Source: an uncultured virus (IMG/VR IMGVR_UViG_2675903516_000002) (taxonomy: Duplodnaviria; Heunggongvirae; Uroviricota; Caudoviricetes). Taken from it: a stretch of DNA of 64,000 nt. The translations under genes were made by a program, and so were the position numbers. Of this stretch, positions 29,286-37,766 are shown piece by piece (the stretch's first letter is position 1; every line of letters begins with the position of its first letter). Location: IMG/VR virus record IMGVR_UViG_2675903516_000002; one strand, 5' to 3'. The notes beneath the pieces are model-generated. The model saw nothing but the letters and a program-made list of their open reading frames with translations. It had not been told where the DNA came from and searched no databases.

Positions 29286-31447
29286 GCCGCCATCCTCCAA
29301 ATACACAACTCTGGCATATTCGCCCTTACCAATGCCTCGGCAAAAGGTGGCGGTACCGCATTACCACACCTTGCCACCTGCTCAGATTTAGGCCAGATTG
29401 TGCCGTCAATATCTCGGTCAATAATGTAGTCTGGCGGGAACCCACTAGCGTTGTACAGTTCACGCGCAATCAGCATGCGCATACAAATATCAACGATGAT
29501 GTATTCGCCTACCGATAGAAATTGTGGCCGTGGTGCAGGGAATAAATGCCAGTCGTCCGGCAAATCGCTGAAATGATCCACCAGCCGCGCGCAGTTCCAT
29601 GCGTTGTAGCGTTGCTCGTCGGTCAGTGGTTCGGCATCAAGATTGCTTTCCACCAAGCCAAAACGTTCTTTGGTTGTCACAGCATGTATCGGCTCTGATA
29701 AATCCACCTCGCCGCCAGTGCCGTAATACTTGGTCAGAAATGCGTTTACCAGTCCGACATGATTACCGCCCGCGGTTAAAGTCGGTACCGGTTCGGTGAT
29801 GGGTTTACCATCGCGACATGTACCACGCAGTTGTACCAGGTGAGATGTACAAAGCGCATGGTGATCGACCGTAGTGATAGTATGCAATGGCTCGTTAATA
29901 TCGATGCCTGCACCGGTGTAATTTCCACCGTAATGCTTAACAAGGTTAGCAGTGGCGATTGCTGTATGTGACTGAGTAGCAATGGTGTTGATTGGTGAAT
30001 TGATATCTCGTGGTTTTCCTGAGTATGTTGGGCCACCGGCCCCCACCAATACCGCACTGGCTAACTGGCTTTTACCGCCCCCACCCGCTGTAACGGTACC
30101 CAGCGGCGTATTGATATCATTTGCCGTACTGTTACCGAACTGACGTACAACTACCGGCGCAGCAATAGCAAAACCATGCGTTCTGGTTATGGTCTGTAAC
30201 GGATCGCGCAATGACTGCCCACGGAAACAATCATATTTGGTTTTGGTGCTGGTGTGATTGCACTTCACCGCATACGGCTCCAGCAACAAATGCTCGGCCT
30301 TACTGGTAATTGTGGTTAGTGGCTGGTCTATTGGGTATTGCAGACGGTCACCACCAAAACCAGTTTGTCCCAGTCGCACAATAAACGGATCGGGGTTATC
30401 AATAACAAACCGCTGTAATCCTTTGACGATGCGCCGCAAGGTGTTATCAGCCAAATCCTTTTTGCGACCGAAAATAGAACGTGTTGGCTGGCTCCAGTCG
30501 ATACACTCCGCCGCCGTTCGCCAAGGTTGCAGCATGCCAGAAAGCACATCAGTAGAGTTGGGTGCGCCGTGGCTTGGCTCCGGCCAGACAACTGGCTCAC
30601 CGTCACAACGCCCAACCACAAACAACCGTTTTCTAATAGTGGGTGTGCCGTAATCACAGGCTTTCAGTTCCCGGTGATCAACGTTATAACCCAGCCCTGA
30701 AACCAACCTTGCTGCTTCAGGGCCATTGATATCTATCTTCAAGAATTCACACACTTCGACCAGTGCGGGGTGATTAGCATCAATCCCAGTACCTAGCATG
30801 CCAATAAACGCTTTGAACGTTTCGCCTTTACGGGCTGGATCAGGTCGGTGATTGCCTTCACTATCCGTCAAAAGTGGCCCCCAGCCGCGAAATTCTTCGA
30901 CGTTCTCCAGCATCAGAAAACGTGGGCGTACTGCCAGCGCCCAGCGCAATACGACCCATGCCAGACCACGAATCTCTTTCTTGACTGGCGTTCCGCCCTT
31001 GGCCTTAGAGAAATGGCGGCAATCAGGACTAAACCAACCCAGTAATACCGGTAAACCGCCCGTTGAGATGAGCGGATCAACACTGAAAATATCCTCAGGG
31101 TAATGCAGCGTGCGCGGGTGATTAATGGCATGCATCGCCATGGCTACCGGATTATGGTTCATCGCGATGTGTGGTTCATAGCCTAATGCTTGCTTGATTC
31201 CCTCGCAGCTCCCACCGCCACCAGCGAACCCAACGACAACCAGACCATCCTGCAAATCAGGTCGTGCAACTGTGATTTCTTTGCGCCGCGCCCATGCATG
31301 AGCCGCCTTTTGAATGTTGCGCGGGTCTTCTCGCGTCAAAAACATTTGGTTCATATTGGCCAGTAGCTGCTGTTGCTCTGGCTCACTCATTGGGTGAACA
31401 GGAATGACTGATGAGGCACATTGCTGAACTTCAGTAGGCCAGATCAT
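29282..31447 (-). CDS. Phage DNA cytosine-5 methyltransferase
   Basis: FAGGGG, PDCRHFS, ENV, RKR, GNAVPP motifs; repeated PLxTIT segments. Confidence 0.92.
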   Translation of the reverse strand: MIWPTEVQQCASSVIPVHPMSEPEQQQLLANMNQMFLTREDPRNIQKAAHAWARRKEITVARPDLQDGLVVVGFAGGGGSCEGIKQALGYEPHIAMNHNPVAMAMHAINHPRTLHYPEDIFSVDPLISTGGLPVLLGWFSPDCRHFSKAKGGTPVKKEIRGLAWVVLRWALAVRPRFLMLENVEEFRGWGPLLTDSEGNHRPDPARKGETFKAFIGMLGTGIDANHPALVEVCEFLKIDINGPEAARLVSGLGYNVDHRELKACDYGTPTIRKRLFVVGRCDGEPVVWPEPSHGAPNSTDVLSGMLQPWRTAAECIDWSQPTRSIFGRKKDLADNTLRRIVKGLQRFVIDNPDPFIVRLGQTGFGGDRLQYPIDQPLTTITSKAEHLLLEPYAVKCNHTSTKTKYDCFRGQSLRDPLQTITRTHGFAIAAPVVVRQFGNSTANDINTPLGTVTAGGGGKSQLASAVLVGAGGPTYSGKPRDINSPINTIATQSHTAIATANLVKHYGGNYTGAGIDINEPLHTITTVDHHALCTSHLVQLRGTCRDGKPITEPVPTLTAGGNHVGLVNAFLTKYYGTGGEVDLSEPIHAVTTKERFGLVESNLDAEPLTDEQRYNAWNCARLVDHFSDLPDDWHLFPAPRPQFLSVGEYIIVDICMRMLIARELYNASGFPPDYIIDRDIDGTIWPKSEQVARCGNAVPPPFAEALVRANMPELCIWRMAA

Positions 31448-31950
31448 TGCGCCCCCTCACGTAGTCTTGCTGCGAAATCAAGAATATTGGAAATCTCGCC
31501 TGTATCTGCCATTACACCAACGTCAAAGGCTTGTACGTGACGGTGCTGCGCAAATTTTTCAACACCACTCGCCTCTACATCATTAAGAGCCAGAATGGTT
31601 GCAGGGACACTAATTACTTCGTATAGCGCCTCAAATGCATCTTCTTCATAGTCGCCACATGAAGAGATGCCATCTACCGTATTCAGATGCCCCCTGTTGT
31701 AACCAGCGTTATATACATGGACGCAGGATTGTTGAAGTGCTGCGTTCTCGGCAACAATCACATTATATTTCCCCTGCCACTCCAAACACTCCCGCTCATA
31801 ATGCTTCGCTGTGCGCCGGTTCTTATTAGCTGAGGTCACCAGCTCCGCTATGCGATCAGCGATGCCGTTTAGCACCTCACTTTCACGTGGTTCCACTCTT
31901 TCCGCTGCTGAACGAATTGCAGCAATCATGCCATCGGTTGAAATATTCAT
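31444..31950 (-). CDS. Ead/Ea22-like hypothetical protein
   Basis: AENAAL...GVEKFA...FAARLREG pattern. Confidence 0.55.
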   Translation of the reverse strand: MNISTDGMIAAIRSAAERVEPRESEVLNGIADRIAELVTSANKNRRTAKHYERECLEWQGKYNVIVAENAALQQSCVHVYNAGYNRGHLNTVDGISSCGDYEEDAFEALYEVISVPATILALNDVEASGVEKFAQHRHVQAFDVGVMADTGEISNILDFAARLREGAQ

Positions 31951-32198
31951 TTGGTCTCGCCTCTGTGGTCTCTACGGTCACGCCAGTAATTTAAGCGCTC
32001 TTTAAAAAACTCTCGGTAATGCACCGGTACCCGTTCAATCGCTTCAAGTACATGAGCGCGGTTGGTCCTGCGCTCGTACAGGTTTTTGATTAAGCCGCTG
32101 GCTCTCAAATCAAGATTTAGCTTTTCTTGGTATTCCTGAGGCCAGAGGCAAATGTTGTACGGGAGTCCGGGCGGGAGATAATCAGATTGCCCGGACAT
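31947..32198 (-). CDS. Hypothetical protein
   Basis: Coupled ORF with GGAG RBS. Confidence 0.7.
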   Translation of the reverse strand: MSGQSDYLPPGLPYNICLWPQEYQEKLNLDLRASGLIKNLYERRTNRAHVLEAIERVPVHYREFFKERLNYWRDRRDHRGETK

Positions 32199-32202
32199 GG
32201 TA

Positions 32203-32583
32203 TTAACTCCCCATGCCTACAGTGCTCATCAGTTGATTTATTCGGGATGCTCGCAAGCAGTACGCCAACTCCTTATCATCAAATGGCATTCTGGCGGGTT
32301 TAGTTCGGGGTTCGCTTTTATTGCGTTTGACTTGTGTGTCAGAGAATCGGAAAAAATCCTCTGAGATACTGTTGAGGGTGTATTGAGTCTTTCGACCATT
32401 GCGGCGGGTAATGTCTGCATGAGGTGAGAGCACCATGCTTCTCACACGGATACGCAGTACGTTAATAGGCATTTCAGCATTAGGGAATTTTAAAGCTATA
32501 GCCTCGATAATCTGGCTGTAGCTCATGCTTTGGCCCAGCATAACCTCAGCCAATTCACGGGTAGTTAGTTCACGTTTTTTCAT
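32203..32583 (-). CDS. Hypothetical protein (possible winged HTH)
   Basis: 126 aa after helicase gene. Confidence 0.7.
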   Translation of the reverse strand: MKKRELTTRELAEVMLGQSMSYSQIIEAIALKFPNAEMPINVLRIRVRSMVLSPHADITRRNGRKTQYTLNSISEDFFRFSDTQVKRNKSEPRTKPARMPFDDKELAYCLRASRINQLMSTVGMGS

Positions 32584-32627
32584 GGTCTTGCCTCTTTTGG
32601 GGTTACTTAAACGCTGGTCAGGCGCGG

Positions 32628-33989
32628 TTAAAATTTTTTTGTTGAGTAACTTCTATTGTTTGATTTTGCTTCCTGCTGCATACGGCATACTTGCTCTGCA
32701 CTAGTTTGGTTAGTTGGCATGTAATGCCCATTTTTAAATTGCTGGTACACGACACCCGGAATGCCAAATCTATCTTTAGCTAAAATCAATTCGGCGTAGT
32801 CCTTGGCTGGACTGAGTGGGTTATAAATAACATCGCGGTAGGTGAAAATTATTCGGTCAGCGTCTTGTTCAACAGAACCAGAGTCACGCAGATCGGCGGG
32901 AACGGGACGACGCATACCCGCGGGCCTTTCGTCCACCTTTCTAGATAGTTGGCTTAAGGCGATAACAGGCGTATGGATGCGTTTTGCAAGGGCTTTGAGG
33001 CCACCGGATATTTTGCCAACGGCCAGATCATGCCGCTCAGCTTTTGGTGTGGTAATTAGCCCCATGTAATCAACAAATACGCCACTCAAGTGCGGGTAAC
33101 GGCGTTTATGCGTTTCAGAAATGGCGCGTATCTGATCAATGGTGAGTTCGCTGGCATCAACAATCCAAATATCCTGATTAACCAACTCGCCAAGGCTGTT
33201 AGATATGCGCGCCCAATCCTCCTCATAAAGTACGCCAGAACGCAATTTGGATACGGGTAGTTGGGCAGATCCGGCAATGGTACGTTCGGTAATCTGCTGT
33301 GCTGCCATCTCCATAGAGAACAACAAAGCGCCACCACCATTACGGGTCATGCCGTTAATCATGCTTAACGCCAACTCTGTTTTACCCATGCCGGGGCGTC
33401 CGGCCAGTATAATTAAATCGGTGGGGTTAAAGCCTCCGGTCAACTGATCCAGCGGTTCAATGCCGGTCATGATCATGCGGGTTTCTTCTGCGCCTAAGTT
33501 CCGTTTTTCCAGCGTGTCGACATAGGTATCCATCAATTCCTTGATGTGTACCGGCATTAAGCCGCCACTTTCGCTTGTTAATTCGGTCATGGTGACCATG
33601 AATTCAGCTACAGCAAACTTGGCCTGTTCATGACTGTGAGAGGCGGCCAATTGCTGCTGCCCTTTTTGGATTGCTGCCGTCAACGCACGTACATGCCAAT
33701 ATTCGCGAACCAGGTCTGCATAGCCCTTGAGATTTGCAGCGCTCCAACAGCTTTTTGCTGTGCTTAAGACGTTGGCAAAATCATCACCCCCCATCGACTC
33801 GCCGACTAAGATCGGATCAATGACTGACGTCCCCAGCGCCTGACGCTTAATCTCGATATACACGCGGCGGAAGAATGCCGTATTAAAGGCGTCCTCAGGC
33901 AAAGTGGCAATAACGTCATAGGCATCTGGTGTAGCGCCACCGAGCAGCAGGCCACCCACTACCGCTGACTCTAAATCGTATGCATTCAT
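32628..33989 (-). CDS. dnaB: Replicative helicase (DnaB-like)
   Basis: AGRPGMGKT, FSMEM, DYMGL, LSQLSR, DLRDSGSVEQDAD. Confidence 0.95.
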   Translation of the reverse strand: MNAYDLESAVVGGLLLGGATPDAYDVIATLPEDAFNTAFFRRVYIEIKRQALGTSVIDPILVGESMGGDDFANVLSTAKSCWSAANLKGYADLVREYWHVRALTAAIQKGQQQLAASHSHEQAKFAVAEFMVTMTELTSESGGLMPVHIKELMDTYVDTLEKRNLGAEETRMIMTGIEPLDQLTGGFNPTDLIILAGRPGMGKTELALSMINGMTRNGGGALLFSMEMAAQQITERTIAGSAQLPVSKLRSGVLYEEDWARISNSLGELVNQDIWIVDASELTIDQIRAISETHKRRYPHLSGVFVDYMGLITTPKAERHDLAVGKISGGLKALAKRIHTPVIALSQLSRKVDERPAGMRRPVPADLRDSGSVEQDADRIIFTYRDVIYNPLSPAKDYAELILAKDRFGIPGVVYQQFKNGHYMPTNQTSAEQVCRMQQEAKSNNRSYSTKKF

Positions 33990-34960
33990 AGCGCACCATC
34001 ACGGGTTTTTCTTAAAACTTCCGGTTTCATCAGATAATCAAAGTTTGCCCGCCAGCCTGCCCCATCATCACCACCGAAATAAAACACGGTTGCCTGTCCG
34101 CGAAAGGCTTCGAAGTAGCTCTGGAACGCTTCAAGGTCTTTGGTTTTGAGGTATTGGAGTAATTCGCGGATGGCGTGTTTACGGTCCTGATCGATTTCAG
34201 CCGGTGGCAAAACATCGCTGAATACACGGTTATACGCAGCAATGACCTCATCGCAATCAATCCGCCCGGCAGACTCAGACCATGCGCGGGCATCAGCCAG
34301 ATAACCATCGAACCGGTTTACACGGCAGATATTCGCAGGTTTGGCATACTTGCCGTTGCGGGGTTTCCATGTGCTGACTACCCATAGGGCCACCAGTTGC
34401 AAATCAGCCAGCGCGTAGGCTTTGCGTGATTTCGTTGCCGTCAGCAAGGTTTCGAATGGGCTAGAATCTTCACACCGAGTGTGAGTGAGTTCGTTGTAAT
34501 ACGCCAAAGCCTTTTCAGCGTCAGCGAGAATATTTTCGGTTTCCCCTTGAGGGGTAAGGGGTGTATTTGGATCTATGACTGGTTCAAAAGAGTGACTGGT
34601 TCTGGGTGCAGCATTTGCACCACTAACCGGTGCACCATTTACACCAGAGGGTGCAGGAGATTCACCATAGGGTGCAGCATTTGCACCAGCGGAATTTAAG
34701 CGCAGGTGATAAACATTTGAACGATTCAGGCCATTATCAGATTTACGTTCTTCAATCCTAACCAGCCCACTTTTGACCAGTTCTTGAATATGATTCTGTA
34801 CCGAGCGTTCGGATATTTCACACTGATCGGCAATGTAGGGAACCGATGGCCAGCACTCGCCCTGATCGTTCGCATTATCAGCTAATTTTATCAGCACTAA
34901 CTTTCGTAACGGGTTGCCGACTTTGATATTCATGGCCCGAGCCATTAGATTCATGCTCAT
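33986..34960 (-). CDS. Replication initiator (N-terminal HTH)
   Basis: KLVLIKLADNANDQGECWPS; internal iterons; WRANFDYL. Confidence 0.9.
   Translation of the reverse strand: MSMNLMARAMNIKVGNPLRKLVLIKLADNANDQGECWPSVPYIADQCEISERSVQNHIQELVKSGLVRIEERKSDNGLNRSNVYHLRLNSAGANAAPYGESPAPSGVNGAPVSGANAAPRTSHSFEPVIDPNTPLTPQGETENILADAEKALAYYNELTHTRCEDSSPFETLLTATKSRKAYALADLQLVALWVVSTWKPRNGKYAKPANICRVNRFDGYLADARAWSESAGRIDCDEVIAAYNRVFSDVLPPAEIDQDRKHAIRELLQYLKTKDLEAFQSYFEAFRGQATVFYFGGDDGAGWRANFDYLMKPEVLRKTRDGAL
34605..34687. repeat. Four 17-bp iterons (replication origin)
   Basis: ggtgcagcatttgcacc-like units at 34605, 34629, 34650, 34671. Confidence 0.85.
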
Positions 34961-34962
34961 AG

Positions 34963-35187
34963 TCAGATCCCTAGCGCTTCGGCTATTTGCCGACAGGCAG
35001 ACTGATAATCGTCAGGCGATAGGTTCATCCCGCGCAGGTCGGCTTTCTTTTGTTCATACTGCTCCCACACGCTATAGGCGGCTACCTGACGCCCGGCAAA
35101 AATAGGGGCGATGTCAACCATGCTTGCCGGTTGGCCGTTAAGCCGGAATCCGTTGCGCCAGGTGATTTTGTCGATAGATGTAAGCAT
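34963..35187 (-). CDS. Hypothetical protein
   Basis: 74 aa between cII-like and initiator genes. Confidence 0.7.
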   Translation of the reverse strand: MLTSIDKITWRNGFRLNGQPASMVDIAPIFAGRQVAAYSVWEQYEQKKADLRGMNLSPDDYQSACRQIAEALGI

Positions 35188-35203
35188 TGGTCTTGCCTCT
35201 GTT

Positions 35204-35668
35204 TTATACGGTGGTCAGCCGGTGGTGTTGTGGTCTGATTGCGTGAAGTGCCGCAACAGCGCCCGATATCCTTTGTGACATGTCACAGCCATCTAATAGA
35301 ACCGCGCTAATTGCTGCGGCAAACTCTCGACTGGCAATCGAAACCAAATAATTCACGGTCTCGCCATTCACCCTGGCCCGCCGTTCTGCCGGGAGTGCCG
35401 CTTTAAGTACCGGTGATAATTCCAAGACCTTGCGCATTGATGCTTTTGAATCCCCGCGCAGCCAGCGAAATAACTGCTGCCGGTTGTTGTTAATAGACTT
35501 CCAATCAGCGCCGCCCTGCCCGTTTTCAATGGGAGTGAGACGAACTGAACCGGTGTTGATATTGAGCAAGAAAAACATTCTGCTGATCTCGATAGCTACA
35601 TGCTCCTGCCCCCGCTCTGCCGCCCACGCCTGAACTTCGGCTTTAAGGGCTTTAATTTCTTGTTCCAC
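35204..35668 (-). CDS. YdaT-family CII-like regulator
   Basis: VQAWAAERGQEHVA...NRQQLFRWL; cII position. Confidence 0.8.
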   Translation of the reverse strand: MEQEIKALKAEVQAWAAERGQEHVAIEISRMFFLLNINTGSVRLTPIENGQGGADWKSINNNRQQLFRWLRGDSKASMRKVLELSPVLKAALPAERRARVNGETVNYLVSIASREFAAAISAVLLDGCDMSQRISGAVAALHAIRPQHHRLTTV

Positions 35669-35691
35669 GTTGCGTCTCCTGTCGCAGGAAA

Positions 35692-35709
35692 TTGATTATT
35701 GATAATCAG
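35692..35709. promoter_or_regulatory. YdaT-type site TTGATT-N6-AATCAG (pRE position)
   Basis: One mismatch from the TTGATT-N6-AATCAA operator I recall for CP-933P YdaT; second copy at 40667-40684. Confidence 0.65.
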
Positions 35710-35728
35710 ATTTGTGAGTGGGATTGGG

Positions 35729-35914
35729 TTAGGCTGCACTTCGATACATAGCGGGGTCATATTTCAGTTCGCCATGAGTCATGCGTTCAATCTTCATTGC
35801 CTGTTTCTCAGGGATAATTGCCCCCCAACGGCAAACTGCTGGGTGCTTTATGCCTAAGGCCGTGGCGGTATTCACTACCCCACCAAAAAACTTGACGACA
35901 TCTTTCTTGTTCAT
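35729..35914 (-). CDS. cro: Cro-like repressor
   Basis: DVVKFFGG...ALGIKHPAVCRWGAIIPE; divergent from cI. Confidence 0.9.
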   Translation of the reverse strand: MNKKDVVKFFGGVVNTATALGIKHPAVCRWGAIIPEKQAMKIERMTHGELKYDPAMYRSAA

Positions 35915-35944
35915 AGGAACTCCTTGTTTAACTCAGGATGAAAG

Positions 35945-36006
35945 GTAACAAAAGGTACATAACAATGCAAACACTTTTCACATCGCTATGGCGTAACATT
36001 GGTTAC
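35945..36006. promoter_or_regulatory. OR operators (GTAAC-N4-GKTAC)
   Basis: gtaacaaaaggtac 35945-35958; gtaacattggttac 35993-36006. Confidence 0.7.
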
Positions 36007-36669
36007 ATGAAAAATGAAATGAATGACCGCATCCGTCTTCGCAGACTGCAGCTAGATCTCACGCAAGTCCAATTAGCCAAAGCTATTGGGGTGAGCCGTG
36101 TATCAGTGACAAAATGGGAGTCAGGAATCACTAAACCAGATGGGGAAAATCTTCACCGGCTGGCGCAAATACTTTCATGCACGCCAGAGTGGTTACTCTA
36201 TGGTACCGGAGATTTACGTCAGGTTGACGATACGAAGATTAAGCCCCTCGTCGCTGTGCCTAATGCCATACCTGTCATCTCATCCGTTCAAGCCGGTGCC
36301 TGGACAGAAACCTACTCCGCCGCCCGTATCTCTGATGTTCTTAGATGGTGCAACACCACAGTGAAGGTTTCTGAAAACGCATTTGGTTTGGATGTTCGGG
36401 GTGAGTCAATGACCAACCCCAATGGTTCCCCTTCTATCCCCGAGGGGTCTACCGTTATCGTAGAACCTAATTATGGTTCTATTGATGATTTGTACGGTAA
36501 AATAGTGGTCGCCATCATTGATGGCAGCTCCGAGGCCACCATTAAAAAGTTAGTTGTTGATGGCCCCAATAAATACCTAATGCCTTTAAATCCCAATTTC
36601 AAACCCATCGAAATAAACGGCAATTGCCGTATTCTCGGTCGCGTTGTTCAGGTTACCCAAGACCTGTAA
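36007..36669 (+). CDS. cI: CI repressor (HTH + S24 autopeptidase)
   Basis: HTH, VQAGAW cleavage site, GESM serine and TIKKL lysine. Confidence 0.95.
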   Translation: MKNEMNDRIRLRRLQLDLTQVQLAKAIGVSRVSVTKWESGITKPDGENLHRLAQILSCTPEWLLYGTGDLRQVDDTKIKPLVAVPNAIPVISSVQAGAWTETYSAARISDVLRWCNTTVKVSENAFGLDVRGESMTNPNGSPSIPEGSTVIVEPNYGSIDDLYGKIVVAIIDGSSEATIKKLVVDGPNKYLMPLNPNFKPIEINGNCRILGRVVQVTQDL

Positions 36670-36712
36670 TCAATAGCCCATCCCCCTGATGGGCTTTTTT
36701 ATGCCCCTAAAT

Positions 36713-36764
36713 GTAACTATTGGAACACCCCCTTATTGACACGAAAGGTAACTATAGGTACATT
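36713..36764 (+). promoter_or_regulatory. pL promoter with OL operators
   Basis: TTGACA(36736)-17-TACATT; operator copies at 36713-36726 and 36748-36761. Confidence 0.75.
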
Positions 36765-36909
36765 TCTCTCATCAACACGGCACAGTAGCCGATGCGAACA
36801 GGCAGGACGCCCACGAAGTAGCTGCCGGTGGCATACGAAACACCGGATGATTCGCAAGTTTAGGTTTAGTACGTTCTGGCAGCCGGGAAGACGGCAAAAG
36901 AGGGAAGTT

Positions 36910-37065
36910 ATGAAAGCAACTAAAAAGCAAGCGAGTAAATTCCAGATCCAATATCGCTACTGTGGAATGTGGGCTAACGGAAATACTTACCCAACTCGCA
37001 AAGAAGCTGATGATTACGCACGTAATACTGGCCGTGATTATCAAGTAGTCAAAGTACGGCAATAA
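36910..37065 (+). CDS. Small early protein
   Basis: 51 aa MKATKKQ with GAGGG RBS. Confidence 0.55.
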   Translation: MKATKKQASKFQIQYRYCGMWANGNTYPTRKEADDYARNTGRDYQVVKVRQ

Positions 37066-37375
37066 CAGAATTTGGGTTGTTGCATTGGAGGAGAACCCCG
37101 CGCCAAGGCTCGGCATGATTACCACAGTGCAGCAGCCCAAACCAATAACGTAGCCACGACGGGAAAGTGTGGTGAGGCAAGACCGAAGATCTGACCCGCT
37201 GGCCCGGCGTAATGGGCACCAAATTACAGACGTAAAAAAACCCACCGAAGTGGGCTTCTTTACCCCGGGTCACCGACCAAAGTTAACCGGGAAGCTAACG
37301 GGGACCAACCCGTTAACAGAGGCAAGACCAACGGCTTACGCCATCAATCTTAAAATAAGTATATCAGGAGTTGCT

Positions 37376-37711
37376 ATGACAGCACTACAGATAACCACCA
37401 AGCTCTACATCCATACCAATCCATATTCAACATCAAAAGATGATCGCTTTACCGTGTACACCTGTGACATGTCACAGGTTGAGCCAGCGCATGTTTTACT
37501 CGAAACCCGAGAAATTACGATTCCTTTTGACGAACCCGACCCTTTTGAAATCATCAGCAAGCATGTCGATTCACTCCATAGCAAAAAGGAACAGATTGCG
37601 GCTGAGTCATATCGTAAGCAGTCACTAATTGATGATCAGATTCAGGCGTTGCTATGCATCGAGCACAGCACTCCATCGAACGTATCTGATGATACCGAAA
37701 TTCCTTTTTAA
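37376..37711 (+). CDS. Hypothetical early protein
   Basis: AGGAG RBS; ends in DDTEIPF, like an SSB acidic tail. Confidence 0.75.
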   Translation: MTALQITTKLYIHTNPYSTSKDDRFTVYTCDMSQVEPAHVLLETREITIPFDEPDPFEIISKHVDSLHSKKEQIAAESYRKQSLIDDQIQALLCIEHSTPSNVSDDTEIPF

Positions 37712-37766
37712 TTAGTCATACATCAAAGACCAAGATCCGTTTAAAAACCAAAGAGGCAAGACCAAC

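Noticed and set aside
34605..34687. CRISPR-like short repeats
   Set aside because: Spacers only 4-7 bp, inside the initiator gene: iterons. No cas genes or arrays seen in the window
36794..36855. Hammerhead ribozyme
   Set aside because: CUGAUGA and GAAA core elements are not present in the right arrangement
37169..37375. N-terminal extension of ORF 37169-37711
   Set aside because: Crosses a terminator and hairpins; the strong RBS precedes ATG 37376
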